Positions 7,965 to 18,787 of a DNA stretch of 64,000 nt are shown one piece after another (within the stretch, counting starts at the first letter, position 1; each line of letters opens with the position of its first letter). This DNA is from a virus. The notes below the pieces were generated by a model. That model was not told where the DNA came from. It saw nothing but the letters and a program-made list of their open reading frames with translations, and searched no databases. The stretch lies in the IMG/VR virus record IMGVR_UViG_3300046786_000502, positions 1 through 64,000 of that record, one strand, 5' to 3'. A program made the translations under genes and the position numbers.

Positions 7965-10900
7965 ATGCCTAGTTCATTAAATCAGTATGCGTCTAAAGTA
8001 TTAGCCGATAACCCCATTTCACTATGGTCGCTAGACGATGATTTGTCGTACATAGATCTTGTTGGGCCAACATTAAGAGATCTTGGTGCCTGGGGTGTTG
8101 GTGCAGAGTCATTCACATTAGTAAAAAACAATAATATAGATAGGCCCCTGGCAAACGAAGATTGCTATGTTTTGACTGTTGGTAGATTTAATAACCAGAA
8201 CGTGCAAAAAATTCACGTCATTAGCCCAGCAGTTGGAAAGTTCTCACATATAAATCAAGACCTTTCAACTATTACAATTGGAGCTTTTGTCAATTGTGCT
8301 CCAAAATCATCTGTCGCTGTGTCAATCGGGTATGCCTACGAAGACCCATCATTTGGTTCAAATTATGTGAATAAAAGATTCTCTGAAATTATTGCTGGTA
8401 AATGGATGTTTATATCTGAAACATTTGATCTACCAGAAGGTATGGACACTGACTACTCAATAGATATTGCTTTTGAATACATTGAAGATCCAGACAATTC
8501 ATCTTCTTTCTTTATTTCTGGTGTGTCTACTGGCCAATGGTCAGAATCGTTTAACTCATCAACTACAGGACTAACTCCATTTGCTATTCCAGAAAAAATT
8601 TATGGAGTGGCAAGTGAGCAAGACTGCCTAATTCTTTCAAATTCATGTGCCATAGATGGCAATGGTTATGTATTGGTAGATAGCAATAGACTAGGCCTTT
8701 GTTCAGATTCTGTTCCATTGGTTTTTGGATCACAAAGCTCAGTAACAGTTTCAGATACTCAGTCAGTAAAGGCTTTGATACCAGCTAATGGATTTTTGAA
8801 TAAATCTGGACAGTATAGAGACTACACACTAGAGTTTTGGCTCAGAGCATTACCAACAAATTCATCACCATTTAAGATTGTTGGTCCAGTTGGTAATGAT
8901 TCTGGAATATATGTTGATCAAGAATTCATAACATTAAAAATTGGAAAATATTCAAAAACCTATTACGTTGGTGAATGGTTTAGACCAATGCTTGTTAACC
9001 TATCAGTTTCTGCATCAAGAGCAGTCTTATTTTTAAATGGCGAATCAGTTATTGACCTTACAATAGATCAGTCCACAATTGTTTATCCAGACATGTTGGT
9101 AGATCAGAAGAGTACAGACTGGATAGCTGTATATGGAACTCAGGAGATCCACCCATTTGAAATGGACTGTATATCTTTGTATGGCTATTTGTTTAACAAC
9201 ACAATAGCTAAAAAACACTGGGTATATGGTCAAGCAATTCAAAACCCAGAATCATTGAATCTTCAATATGGAGGTTCAAGCGTTAACATTGACTACTCAT
9301 TTGCAAAATATGCAAACAATTACTCTTATCCAAAACATTCACAGTGGTCAGCTGGAAAAATAAACAATTTAACATTTGACAATAAGTCACTCAAGAATAT
9401 AGTCCCAGAAAAGCCATCAATAGTTGGTAATATTTCAGAGCAAGAGATTCTATCATCTGCAATTGCTTATCAGAACGAGGATGAATCATACATAAGACTT
9501 CCAGAAAACTCTTTTATAAACATTTCAGATGCATCAAAAAATATATCTGGAACATTTAGTGGTGTCTATGCAACTTTTAAAGATCTTGACAATAGCACAG
9601 AAAAAGAAATGCTGATTACGCTTTCTGATAAAAATACTGGAGATAGTTTTGATATCTTTAAAAAAGATGGATACATCAATTATGGATTGACAATTGGTGG
9701 GGTATATACATCAGTAACAACCTCATCACCATTTCTAGGTGGAGAAATCTATACTGTTGGCATAAACTTCAATAAACTATCTAAGGGCTATGGATATCAG
9801 GTAGAAAGATTCTTTGCTAAGGCATCATCTCTTTCTGTTAAGGTTGGCGGATCTGGAAACTCTGATACATACACAGGAAATGTCTATGCATTTGGCCTAT
9901 TCAATGAATATTCTATAGAAGAGTTCGCATCATCATTTAATAGTAGAGGTCTAATCTTTGGAACTGACGATATTTCTGACGCTGAAGGATATGCTGATGC
10001 TGAATACTACAATACTACATTCTGGCAATTTATCTGGGATGGTGGAAATGTTGCCAATTTTGCAACTACACAAGTTCTATCTGGTACAGCAAGCTATAGT
10101 GTAAAGTTCTCAGAAGTTAACAATGCCCTTGATCTAGTTGTTTCATCATCAGGGTCCTGGACATCAGGTTTGCCATTGTCCTATTTTGCAAAAAATATTA
10201 CAGACCAAGATGGCTATCAGAAATATGACCTAGACTTTCTTCAAATAAATGTAGACATTCCAGCACCAAACAAGCTAGTAAAAGTCACAACTAATGGAGA
10301 CGGATGGACATATAGTCAGCTAAAGAATGAGTTCTCAGTACCAGCATCAAGGACCTATGCTGAGCTAGACAACCCACTCTTTACTGGATATAACGACTAT
10401 GCTGATCTTGCAGTAAATACCAAAAATTCTTATAAGCTAGATACTGATGGATATCTAGCAAAGACATACATATACTTTAAAGAAAATAACAGTGGATACT
10501 CAAACTCTGACTCATACTATACAAACTACGCAAAGCTAGATGACGAATCAATTGTTGAGCCAGGGACAGAGTGGATAAACACAAAGTATGAAATTGTAGA
10601 TAACTCAATTATTTATCCACCAGCCAATGTAGACTTTAACTCCCTATCAATATTTGTTGAGGTTAAAATAATTAATGATAATGTAGTTAACAGACCAGTA
10701 TCCATTGCAAACCTAGCTATTTCATCTATGTCATTGAACGAAGTTTCAGAAACGCCAATTGGAACAAGGAATGCTGTAGATATATACCCATATGCAAAGA
10801 ATAGATACTATTATGATTTTAAAAAGAGAAATCCTTTTTCAATTTATAAGGGCAGTACACCACACCTATACTTGAACCAAAATAGTGGTATTCGTGTGTT

Positions 10901-11615
10901 TGGAACAATGGATAGAGAAGTAAACAGAGGAATTGAGATTCCAATCAACGTTAATAAGGTTGACCTATATAGAGTTATTGCCCTACAGGGTTTCATGAAG
11001 TATGATTTGCAATACTTCCCATATTCTCCAACAGAGATATTTGAGATTGAAAGTGATACCACGCATCTCAGATTCTTTGTTCAGGCAGTTCATAAGGATG
11101 GAAAGCGAGGAAAGATTTTCTGTATTAACATGAAAACTGGACAGCTTGAGTCTGGAATTGCTTTCTATCTTAACGGAAAAATTGTTAGAGAGCCAGTCAT
11201 CTCGCTAAAGCAGTGGTCAGCCCTTGGGATTTACTTTAGCAATCAGATTGACTCTTCACTGAATACGGCAGCATTAAGAATTAATGGACCAATGATGTTT
11301 AATAATATATCTTTTTATACATCAAGCAGATTAGCAGAAGTCCTAGAAATTGCTACAAGAAGCTGGCTAGGTGTCAAGGAGTCTGGAAGATTGCAATATG
11401 ACTGGAGATATTGGGAGGGCAGCTTTAAATGGTTCGAGGCCCTAGTCCTAGCTACCCAAAGCTTCTATGGAGTTGATCCAGCAGATATCTATAACTCTTA
11501 CGTTGGATCCACAAAGCTTGTCATAGATGACAAATCAACCATTAGGGCAAATAGGTACAGATTTAGGGTTGTCAATAATGACAACGTGGTAAATACGACT
11601 GTTAATATTGCATAA
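7965..11615 (+). CDS. Large virion structural protein with probable LamG/concanavalin-like domain
   Basis: YASKVLADNPISLWSLDD start and YTLEFWLR...LFLNG LamG-like strands; 1216 aa, beta-rich, just upstream of the head module. Confidence 0.55.
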   Translation: MPSSLNQYASKVLADNPISLWSLDDDLSYIDLVGPTLRDLGAWGVGAESFTLVKNNNIDRPLANEDCYVLTVGRFNNQNVQKIHVISPAVGKFSHINQDLSTITIGAFVNCAPKSSVAVSIGYAYEDPSFGSNYVNKRFSEIIAGKWMFISETFDLPEGMDTDYSIDIAFEYIEDPDNSSSFFISGVSTGQWSESFNSSTTGLTPFAIPEKIYGVASEQDCLILSNSCAIDGNGYVLVDSNRLGLCSDSVPLVFGSQSSVTVSDTQSVKALIPANGFLNKSGQYRDYTLEFWLRALPTNSSPFKIVGPVGNDSGIYVDQEFITLKIGKYSKTYYVGEWFRPMLVNLSVSASRAVLFLNGESVIDLTIDQSTIVYPDMLVDQKSTDWIAVYGTQEIHPFEMDCISLYGYLFNNTIAKKHWVYGQAIQNPESLNLQYGGSSVNIDYSFAKYANNYSYPKHSQWSAGKINNLTFDNKSLKNIVPEKPSIVGNISEQEILSSAIAYQNEDESYIRLPENSFINISDASKNISGTFSGVYATFKDLDNSTEKEMLITLSDKNTGDSFDIFKKDGYINYGLTIGGVYTSVTTSSPFLGGEIYTVGINFNKLSKGYGYQVERFFAKASSLSVKVGGSGNSDTYTGNVYAFGLFNEYSIEEFASSFNSRGLIFGTDDISDAEGYADAEYYNTTFWQFIWDGGNVANFATTQVLSGTASYSVKFSEVNNALDLVVSSSGSWTSGLPLSYFAKNITDQDGYQKYDLDFLQINVDIPAPNKLVKVTTNGDGWTYSQLKNEFSVPASRTYAELDNPLFTGYNDYADLAVNTKNSYKLDTDGYLAKTYIYFKENNSGYSNSDSYYTNYAKLDDESIVEPGTEWINTKYEIVDNSIIYPPANVDFNSLSIFVEVKIINDNVVNRPVSIANLAISSMSLNEVSETPIGTRNAVDIYPYAKNRYYYDFKKRNPFSIYKGSTPHLYLNQNSGIRVFGTMDREVNRGIEIPINVNKVDLYRVIALQGFMKYDLQYFPYSPTEIFEIESDTTHLRFFVQAVHKDGKRGKIFCINMKTGQLESGIAFYLNGKIVREPVISLKQWSALGIYFSNQIDSSLNTAALRINGPMMFNNISFYTSSRLAEVLEIATRSWLGVKESGRLQYDWRYWEGSFKWFEALVLATQSFYGVDPADIYNSYVGSTKLVIDDKSTIRANRYRFRVVNNDNVVNTTVNIA

Positions 11616-11633
11616 TATGGTATACTAATGGTT

Positions 11634-12020
11634 ATGGATTCTTTAATTAGTCAAAAAACTGGAAAGCCCCTTGTAAATAACGTCCGCCGTCAAATAATCG
11701 ATAAGATGTATGACTGGGGTCTATATGTCTACAAAAAGTCTGATGGAAAGTGGTTCACAGATGGAGAGGGCAACGTCCTAAACATACCATCAAATAAAGG
11801 TGACCTAGCACAGATTAAAAAGCTTAGAGATGCTGCAATGCACCATGGCGATGACGGCGAGGGAGAATGTGTTTTTGTTCCAGGACTAGAAAGAGTATCA
11901 GACGAAGTCTATGCTGAGCAGGTAGAAAGAATGAACCAGGGCCTAATTCCTAACCTAAATGACCTAGGTGCAGTCCAGGCAGCTAAGAAAACCCTAGAAC
12001 TTTACGGAGACGAAGAATAA
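11634..12020 (+). CDS. Hypothetical protein upstream of portal
   Basis: ORF track gives 11628; ATG 11634 lies 7 nt after TATACT (11621-11626), the spacing of a leaderless start. TAATG overlap with portal. Confidence 0.7.
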   Translation: MDSLISQKTGKPLVNNVRRQIIDKMYDWGLYVYKKSDGKWFTDGEGNVLNIPSNKGDLAQIKKLRDAAMHHGDDGEGECVFVPGLERVSDEVYAEQVERMNQGLIPNLNDLGAVQAAKKTLELYGDEE

Positions 12021-13660
12021 TGTCAGAAGACAATGGACCAATCTACATCAATGCAAATATCTCTGAGAACGAGGTTAAGGAAGATGTTTTCAAGTCACAA
12101 GACCCATTCCTAAATGATTGGTCTGCCCTTAAGCTATATCAGGGACTAGACAAAAACTTTAAGCGTAGAACAGAGCGTATCAATAAAGCAGATGACCTTA
12201 TGGAGACACGAGTTGTCTCAAGAAATTATGACCTTACAGATCCAGGGTATCAGGACAGTGCACTTGCAGTAAGAACTGGTAGAGATGAGGCACGTTCTAA
12301 AGAGATCAACCCAGGTAGAGTATACAGAAATGGATATGGCATGTTTGATGTCATTACTCCTCCATGGAACCTTTACGAACTTGCAAACTATTACGATACA
12401 TCATTTGCTAACCACGCAGCAATTGATGCTAAGGTAGAAAATATTGTTGGACTAGGCTATGACTTTGAGATGTCAAAGCGTACAATGCTTTCTTTGGATG
12501 CTGCTACTAATGAGAGTGCAATCGAGAAGGCAAAGAAGAGAATTGAAAGAACAAAGGTTGAGCTAAGAGATTGGCTAGAATCTTTAAACTCAGACGAGTC
12601 ATTTACACATGTACTAGAAAAGTTTTATACAGATGTTCAGGCAACTGGAAATGGATATCTTGAAATTGGTAGAACCGTCAAGGGTGAGATTGGTTACGTA
12701 GGTCACATTCCTGCTACAACCATTCGTGTCCGCAGAATGAAAGATGGTTACCTTCAGATTATTGGAAATCGTGTTGTTTACTTTAGAAACTTTGGTGCAA
12801 AGAATCCAAACCCAATTACTGCTGACCCAAGACCTAATGAGATTTTGCACTACAGAGAGTATTCTCCACTAAACTCATTCTATGGTGTGCCAGATATTAT
12901 GTCTGCAATTTCATCTCTTTACGGAGACCAGCTAGCATCTCAGTACAACATCGACTACTTTGGAAACAAGGGTGTTCCACGCTATGTCGTTACGTTGAAG
13001 GGTGCAAAGCTTTCAGAAGACGCAGAAGACAAGATGTTCAGATTTCTTCAGACCAGCCTAAAGGGATCAAACCACAGAACTCTATACATCCCACTTCCTG
13101 GAGACTCAGATACCAATAAGGTTGAGTTCAAGATGGAAGCTGTTGAAAATGGTACTCAGGAAGCATCGTTTAATGAATATCGTATCCGTAATCGTGACGA
13201 CATTCTTGTAGCACATCAGGTTCCGCTATCAAAGCTTGGTGGTGGAGATTCATCAGCTGTCGCTGCTGCTCTTGCACAAGACAGAACATTTAAGGAGCAA
13301 GTGTCTAGACCTGCTCAGGCTAACCTTGCAAAAATGATCAACAGAATTATTCACGAAAAAACAGACATCGTTGATTTTAAGTTTAACGAGCTTACCCTAA
13401 CTGACGAAATTGCACAGTCTCAGATTATTGAAAGATATGTAAAGAATCAGGTCATTACTCCAGACGAGGCAAGAGAGATGCTTGGAATGCCACCTAGACC
13501 TGACGGAGAAGGTAACAAGCCAATGCAGATGAAGCCACAAGATGCTGCAAACGAAACAGCTAATAGAGCGAGAGATGCAGAGAGAGCAAACAATGCATCT
13601 GACAGCACAGCAACAGTTTCTGGTAGAAACCCAAAGGGAGAAGGTAGAGCTTATCAATAA
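12020..13660 (+). CDS. Portal protein
   Basis: TGNGYLEI, EILHYREYSPLNSFYGVPDI, YFGNKGVP, ILVAHQVP and ITPDEAREMLG portal motifs; precedes protease and capsid genes. Confidence 0.92.
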   Translation: MSEDNGPIYINANISENEVKEDVFKSQDPFLNDWSALKLYQGLDKNFKRRTERINKADDLMETRVVSRNYDLTDPGYQDSALAVRTGRDEARSKEINPGRVYRNGYGMFDVITPPWNLYELANYYDTSFANHAAIDAKVENIVGLGYDFEMSKRTMLSLDAATNESAIEKAKKRIERTKVELRDWLESLNSDESFTHVLEKFYTDVQATGNGYLEIGRTVKGEIGYVGHIPATTIRVRRMKDGYLQIIGNRVVYFRNFGAKNPNPITADPRPNEILHYREYSPLNSFYGVPDIMSAISSLYGDQLASQYNIDYFGNKGVPRYVVTLKGAKLSEDAEDKMFRFLQTSLKGSNHRTLYIPLPGDSDTNKVEFKMEAVENGTQEASFNEYRIRNRDDILVAHQVPLSKLGGGDSSAVAAALAQDRTFKEQVSRPAQANLAKMINRIIHEKTDIVDFKFNELTLTDEIAQSQIIERYVKNQVITPDEAREMLGMPPRPDGEGNKPMQMKPQDAANETANRARDAERANNASDSTATVSGRNPKGEGRAYQ

Positions 13661-13734
13661 AATTGTGCTATAATTGTGGGAAAGCTCACAAAAAGACTAA
13701 AAAGTACAAAAAGGGCTCTATAATATAATATAGT

Positions 13735-15033
13735 ATGAGTATATCAAAGGCACACTGGTCTACCGAAGGTGAAGACATTCGGCTATCGATGCCACTTTCA
13801 AAAGTGGATCAAGAAAAGCGTATTGTATCTGGTTTTGCAACATTGGACAATGTTGATAAGCAAGATGACATCGTTACTCCAGAAGCATCTCTTAGTGCCT
13901 TCTCACGATTCCGTGGCAACATCCGTGAAATGCATGAACCTCTTGCAGTTGGCAAGATGGTCGCTTTCAAAGAGGATAAGTATTTTGATCCAGATACCAA
14001 GAAGGTTTATTCTGGAATCTACGTTTCTGTATATGTATCAAAGGGTGCTCAGGACACTTGGGAAAAGGTCCTTGATGGTACCCTTTCAGGTTTTTCAATT
14101 GGTGGTAGAATGAACAAGTGGGATGATGGCTATGATACAAAGGCTGATCGCCCAATTAGAATTATTAAGGACTACGACCTAGTAGAACTTTCACTCGTTG
14201 ACAATCCTGCTAATCAATTTGCTAACATTTTATCTGTTCAGAAAGTTGATGGCAAGACAGTCGTGTCTGGACCACTATCAGAGGTTTCAGTTGAAAACGT
14301 TTTCTATGATGAACAATCTGGAATCGTTAAAATCTCAACTGAAGAATCAGAGGTTAGCCCTGTCGATGGAAAGCCAATGAAAAATATAGGTTTCGTTGAA
14401 AAGAATGATGACGAAAAAACAGAAATGATAAAGTTCTTAGTTGATAGTGCTAAAGGCATTAATACTGCTAAGATGACAAAGGAGGCAAGTCCTATGACTG
14501 AAGACAACATGGAAAAGGCAGATGTAGTTGAAGAAACTGCAGCTGTGGTTGTTGAAGCTGAGGTCGCTCCAGAGGCAAAAGCTGAGTCTACTCCCGATGA
14601 GGAAAATGCAGAAAAGGCTATGAAGCCACATGCAGATGAGGAGACACCTGCTGAGGAAGCTGGCGAAAAACCAGCTGACGAAGAAGCAGAAGACGCAGCT
14701 AAGAAATCAGACGATGCCGAAGATCTTTCAAAGTCAATTGCTGACATGAAGGATACAGTGACATCAGCCTTTAGCGATCTAGTATCAACAGTAAAGTCAA
14801 TGCAGGATGAAATTTCTTCATTGAGCAAATCACTTGAGACAGTTAAGCACGAAGTTGCTTCTGCCAAAGGTACATTTGATGAGTTTGGAAAGAGAGTAGA
14901 TGCAGTAGAAGCAGATACCGCTTTCCGCAAGTCTGGCGATCTCGGAGAGATTGTTCAGGAACAGCCTGAGACACAGGTTGAAAAATCCATATGGGGCGGA
15001 CGTTTCCTCAAAACTGCCGATCTATTTAAGTAA
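13735..15033 (+). CDS. Prohead maturation protease fused to scaffold region
   Basis: RIVSGFA...VDKQDD, REMH, LSGFSIGG, ELSLVDNPAN; acidic and coiled-coil C-terminal half. Confidence 0.88.
   Translation: MSISKAHWSTEGEDIRLSMPLSKVDQEKRIVSGFATLDNVDKQDDIVTPEASLSAFSRFRGNIREMHEPLAVGKMVAFKEDKYFDPDTKKVYSGIYVSVYVSKGAQDTWEKVLDGTLSGFSIGGRMNKWDDGYDTKADRPIRIIKDYDLVELSLVDNPANQFANILSVQKVDGKTVVSGPLSEVSVENVFYDEQSGIVKISTEESEVSPVDGKPMKNIGFVEKNDDEKTEMIKFLVDSAKGINTAKMTKEASPMTEDNMEKADVVEETAAVVVEAEVAPEAKAESTPDEENAEKAMKPHADEETPAEEAGEKPADEEAEDAAKKSDDAEDLSKSIADMKDTVTSAFSDLVSTVKSMQDEISSLSKSLETVKHEVASAKGTFDEFGKRVDAVEADTAFRKSGDLGEIVQEQPETQVEKSIWGGRFLKTADLFK
14494..15033 (+). CDS. Probable nested in-frame scaffold protein
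   Basis: AAGGAGG at 14479-14485 lies 8 nt before an in-frame ATG (MTEDNMEKAD...), where the acidic/coiled-coil region begins. Confidence 0.6.
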   Translation: MTEDNMEKADVVEETAAVVVEAEVAPEAKAESTPDEENAEKAMKPHADEETPAEEAGEKPADEEAEDAAKKSDDAEDLSKSIADMKDTVTSAFSDLVSTVKSMQDEISSLSKSLETVKHEVASAKGTFDEFGKRVDAVEADTAFRKSGDLGEIVQEQPETQVEKSIWGGRFLKTADLFK

Positions 15034-15054
15034 TATCACTTAGGAGGTGACAAT

Positions 15055-16188
15055 ATGTCGGAAGAAATTAAGAAAAACAATCCTGACGCTGCAGGCAATG
15101 ACTCTGGTCTTTTTAACGGAGAAGGTGCTTTCGCTTCAGGTTCAGATGCTGGTGCTGCAATCCCTGGTAACTACGCTACTGGTGGTGCAGTTGGAAATAT
15201 CCCAACAGCGAACTATGGTCTAACAACTGGACCAAATGCCGTAAATCCTTCAGGTGATGCAGGCAGTGGTATTCTTCGTCCTGAACAAGCTCGCAGATTT
15301 ATTGATTATGTCTGGGACGCAACTGTTCTTGCTAAGGATGGTCGCAGAGTAACAATGAAGGCTAACACCATGGAACTTGAAAAGGTTAACGTGGGTGAGC
15401 GTGTTATTCGTGCTGCTTCACAGGCTAACGGTGACTACACCAATGCTGGTGCTACATTCTCAAAGGTAGAACTTACAACCAAGAAGATTCGTCTTGACTG
15501 GGAAGTATCTGCTGAAGCTCTCGAAGACGGTATTGAAGGTGGTGCTCTTGAGGATCACCTAGTACGTCTTATGACAAACGCTTTTGCAAATGACATCGAA
15601 GACCTTGCCATTAATGGTACAGGTACAGGTTCAAACGCATTCCTTTCAATCATGAATGGTTTCGTGAACAAGGTTAAGAACGATGGCGATGCTCACGAAG
15701 CAGTTGTTACAGTAGCTGACAATGCATGGACTCCAGAAGTTATGCAGAAGATCATCCTTGCTATGCCACGTAAGTACCGTGCACTTAAGAACAACCTTAA
15801 GTTCTACGCTGGTACAGACGCATTTGCAGGTATCGTAAAGCACAATGGTACCCTTGCTGACGCTATTGCTGAAGCATTTGCTGGTACACCTGCTGGTACA
15901 CCTGCAAACCGTCAGGCATACCTTGATGGTAATGGTCAGACCTTCGGTGGAGCACGTACAACTCGTGTTCTAGGAATTGACGTACAGGAAGTTCCTTACT
16001 ACCCAGAAGGTTATGTTGACCTTACATTCCCATCTAACCGTGTTTGGGGTTTCCAGAGAGACATCACTGTTAACCGTGAATACAAGCCAAAGAAGGACAC
16101 AATTGAATACACCGTATTCGTTCGCTTTGGTATTCAGTGGGAAGAGCAGGACGCTATTGCGTTCGCAGACGCTGCTGCAGATGCATAA
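15055..16188 (+). CDS. Major capsid protein (HK97 fold)
   Basis: GILRPEQARRFID, VELTTKKIRLDWEVSAEALED, EDLAINGTG; GGAGGT SD, strongly biased codons and position after the protease. Confidence 0.92.
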   Translation: MSEEIKKNNPDAAGNDSGLFNGEGAFASGSDAGAAIPGNYATGGAVGNIPTANYGLTTGPNAVNPSGDAGSGILRPEQARRFIDYVWDATVLAKDGRRVTMKANTMELEKVNVGERVIRAASQANGDYTNAGATFSKVELTTKKIRLDWEVSAEALEDGIEGGALEDHLVRLMTNAFANDIEDLAINGTGTGSNAFLSIMNGFVNKVKNDGDAHEAVVTVADNAWTPEVMQKIILAMPRKYRALKNNLKFYAGTDAFAGIVKHNGTLADAIAEAFAGTPAGTPANRQAYLDGNGQTFGGARTTRVLGIDVQEVPYYPEGYVDLTFPSNRVWGFQRDITVNREYKPKKDTIEYTVFVRFGIQWEEQDAIAFADAAADA

Positions 16189-16207
16189 TCTGTAAACAGT
16201 ACCTTTT

Positions 16208-16243
16208 AGGGGGCAGGGGCATCCAAGCTCCTGCCCCTTATCT
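16208..16243 (+). terminator. Hairpin after capsid gene, probable terminator
   Basis: AGGGGGCAGGGGC-ATCCAA-GCTCCTGCCCCTT stem-loop followed by AT-rich sequence; the U-tract is weak. Confidence 0.65.
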
Positions 16244-16286
16244 TATATATAATGTTATAATATAACTAGACAACTAAGGAGGAATT

Positions 16287-16760
16287 ATGTCTGAAGAAAC
16301 TACAAACGATGTGATCCCTGAAGCTGAAGACATTGTCAAGGAAACACCTGCTGAAGAAATTGTTGCAGAAGACAAGGCTGAAGAAATTGCAGCCCCACTC
16401 CTTGAAGAGGTCAAGCCTGTAGAAGCAGAGCCAGTTAAAGAGGATTCAAACACAATTACTAACGACCAAGGTAAGTCAAACGCAGAAGCACAGGTAATGG
16501 GCGAAGTTGCTAATGGAGTTATCGGTGCAACCACTACTAAGGCTGCTCCAAAGGTCAAGAAGGAACCAAAGAAGACAGCATCAGAAATCAAGAATGACGA
16601 TGTTGCAATCTATTCATCACGTAACGTTTACTGGGATGGTGTAGGTAGAGTTTCACTTGGATACAACATCGTATCAAAGGAAGCTGCTGCAAAGTGGCTA
16701 ACTCGCAGCCACGTCAGAGAAGCAAGTGCTGATGAAGTTGCCAGGGAGTTCCTAAAGTAA
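16287..16760 (+). CDS. Hypothetical protein (acidic N-terminus, compact C-terminal domain), head module
   Basis: AAGGAGG SD; TGTTATAAT at 16253-16261. Confidence 0.7.
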   Translation: MSEETTNDVIPEAEDIVKETPAEEIVAEDKAEEIAAPLLEEVKPVEAEPVKEDSNTITNDQGKSNAEAQVMGEVANGVIGATTTKAAPKVKKEPKKTASEIKNDDVAIYSSRNVYWDGVGRVSLGYNIVSKEAAAKWLTRSHVREASADEVAREFLK

Positions 16761-16761
16761 C

Positions 16762-17670
16762 ATGGAAATATTGAGGGTTCCACCATATCCACTAACCACA
16801 ACATGGAATTTGCCAGACGCTAATTACTCGTATATTCTTTATGTTGAGGATTTGGTGGACCACTCGATAGAAGAAACCACCATCACCTCAGATTCCAGCG
16901 GTATTGTAAACTATACACTACCAGTAAGCAAAGTACAGTTCGATAGAAGATTCTTAGTAAGATTCTATGATGCAGAACATGAACACATTATTTATGAAGA
17001 GAACCTGGACATTATCAGGCCATACACTGATCCATCAAAGCTAGGTGAGACAGCATCAGAGAAGTCACAATACAAGACCTATGAGCTAATTGCACGTTCA
17101 CTCATTGACACATATATGGGTGATGGTTTCTATAACCACAAGTCAATTTATGAGGTAGTGGGAAATGGTCTTGACTACATGCCAGTATGGAAAGATGCAA
17201 ACCGTGTACTAAAGGTATACGAGAATAATGTTTTAATTTTTGATATTGATACCCCAGAAACAAATGCTTACACATTTAGAGTTACATTAGACAACTCTGC
17301 TATTGTAAAAGAATGGACTGGTAATGCAAACCTAATTACTTCACAAACCATCTCTTTGCCTATGGCACAAGGAGATTATGTTTATGATGCAAGAAATTAT
17401 GGAACATTTGCAAAGGGAGCAAATTATCTATTTGTTCTAGATGAAGGCTATAGAGCTATTCCACCAGACGTTGAGGCAGCTACAAAGATGCTTATGGAAG
17501 ATATTAAGTGTGGCAAGTTAGACTACTATGAGAAGTATGTTGCATCTTATGATTCCACACAGTTTAAGATTCAGTTTGACAAATCTATGTTGGAGGGCAC
17601 TGGAAACATGGTGGTAGACAAGATACTTGATAAGTATAAGAAATCTATCGTCAAAGTCGGAGTCCTATAA
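16762..17670 (+). CDS. Head-to-tail adaptor
   Basis: Synteny; ARSLIDTY, GYRAIPPDVEAATKML and TGNMVVDKILDKY resemble adaptor motifs. Confidence 0.7.
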   Translation: MEILRVPPYPLTTTWNLPDANYSYILYVEDLVDHSIEETTITSDSSGIVNYTLPVSKVQFDRRFLVRFYDAEHEHIIYEENLDIIRPYTDPSKLGETASEKSQYKTYELIARSLIDTYMGDGFYNHKSIYEVVGNGLDYMPVWKDANRVLKVYENNVLIFDIDTPETNAYTFRVTLDNSAIVKEWTGNANLITSQTISLPMAQGDYVYDARNYGTFAKGANYLFVLDEGYRAIPPDVEAATKMLMEDIKCGKLDYYEKYVASYDSTQFKIQFDKSMLEGTGNMVVDKILDKYKKSIVKVGVL

Positions 17671-18119
17671 TGTCCACATGTGAATCAACAGATTTTATGT
17701 ACCCAATGACAGCGGATATATTTTATCCTAATGTCGAACAGGGTGCTTATGGTCAAGTCAAAAAACACTGGATTCACAACAAAACCATTGCCTGCTTTTT
17801 TGGTCCAGCAGGGGCATCTGCCAAAGAAGAAGTGATTCCAAACGTTAATATTAATAAAGATATAATCTTGTTTGGTAGAGTTAAGACAGATCTAAGAATT
17901 TCTGCACAAGAGTCAGGAACTGCAATAACAAACATTGTTGTTAGCAATCTTAAGGATGCTAGCTGTAACCAGATTTATATGGAAACATCTGGAGTTAGAA
18001 ATGGTAAGGCTACAATATTTGAAGTAGCGTCTCATGAGCCAGTAATGGGGCCTTTTGGTAAGGTAGAATTTTTCAAGGTTGTCCTTAGAAGATCAGAGAA
18101 CCAGGGTGTTGATGTATGA
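17670..18119 (+). CDS. Probable head-to-tail stopper
   Basis: Size (149 aa), beta-rich composition, position after the adaptor. Confidence 0.55.
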   Translation: MSTCESTDFMYPMTADIFYPNVEQGAYGQVKKHWIHNKTIACFFGPAGASAKEEVIPNVNINKDIILFGRVKTDLRISAQESGTAITNIVVSNLKDASCNQIYMETSGVRNGKATIFEVASHEPVMGPFGKVEFFKVVLRRSENQGVDV

Positions 18120-18787
18120 TTTCTGTATCCTTTGACCAAAAACAGTTTCAAAAAGAAATGGATAATGTAATCCAGTACTCTTTGGGATATTTGCAAGGAA
18201 TCGAATCTGGCAAGACAGAATTCTACAAGAACTTTGGTAAATCAGTCATTGATGTAATGAAGCAATACATTGACAGTATGGCTAGAGTTGACCATGAAAT
18301 GCTGCACCATGTATATGAGTGGAACCAGACTGGTAGCCCAGATGCTAGATTATTTGATTTAGAATATTTTGTTGCTGGCAATGGAATATCTATAGGCAGC
18401 ACATTTAGACAGTCTGTATCAGTCAAGAATGGCTCTAGAACACCATTTTATAACAAAGCTAAGATCATGGAAGATGGATCTCCTGTAACAATTAGACCAA
18501 AGAAAAAAGTTCTTGTTTTTGAGCAAAATGGAGAAACAGTTTTTACACAAAAGCCAGTTACCATTAACAACCCTGGTGGTCAAGAGGTTCAGGGTGGCTT
18601 TGCACGTGCAGTAGATTCTTTTATGCAATATTTTTCACAATCATATTTGGACCGTAGTGGTCTATCAGCATACCTATCCTCTCCAGTTGCTTATAAGCAA
18701 AATCTAGCAGCAGGAGCAGCAAGAGGTAGATCGGCAGGGTATTCAACAGGATACCAATGGATAGTTAAGGCAGGTGTATTTGAATAA
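18116..18787 (+). CDS. Neck/tail-completion protein
   Basis: Synteny; the LHHVYEW...ARLF and VTIRPKKKVLVFE...VTINNPG segments resemble phage neck proteins. Confidence 0.5.
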   Translation: MISVSFDQKQFQKEMDNVIQYSLGYLQGIESGKTEFYKNFGKSVIDVMKQYIDSMARVDHEMLHHVYEWNQTGSPDARLFDLEYFVAGNGISIGSTFRQSVSVKNGSRTPFYNKAKIMEDGSPVTIRPKKKVLVFEQNGETVFTQKPVTINNPGGQEVQGGFARAVDSFMQYFSQSYLDRSGLSAYLSSPVAYKQNLAAGAARGRSAGYSTGYQWIVKAGVFE

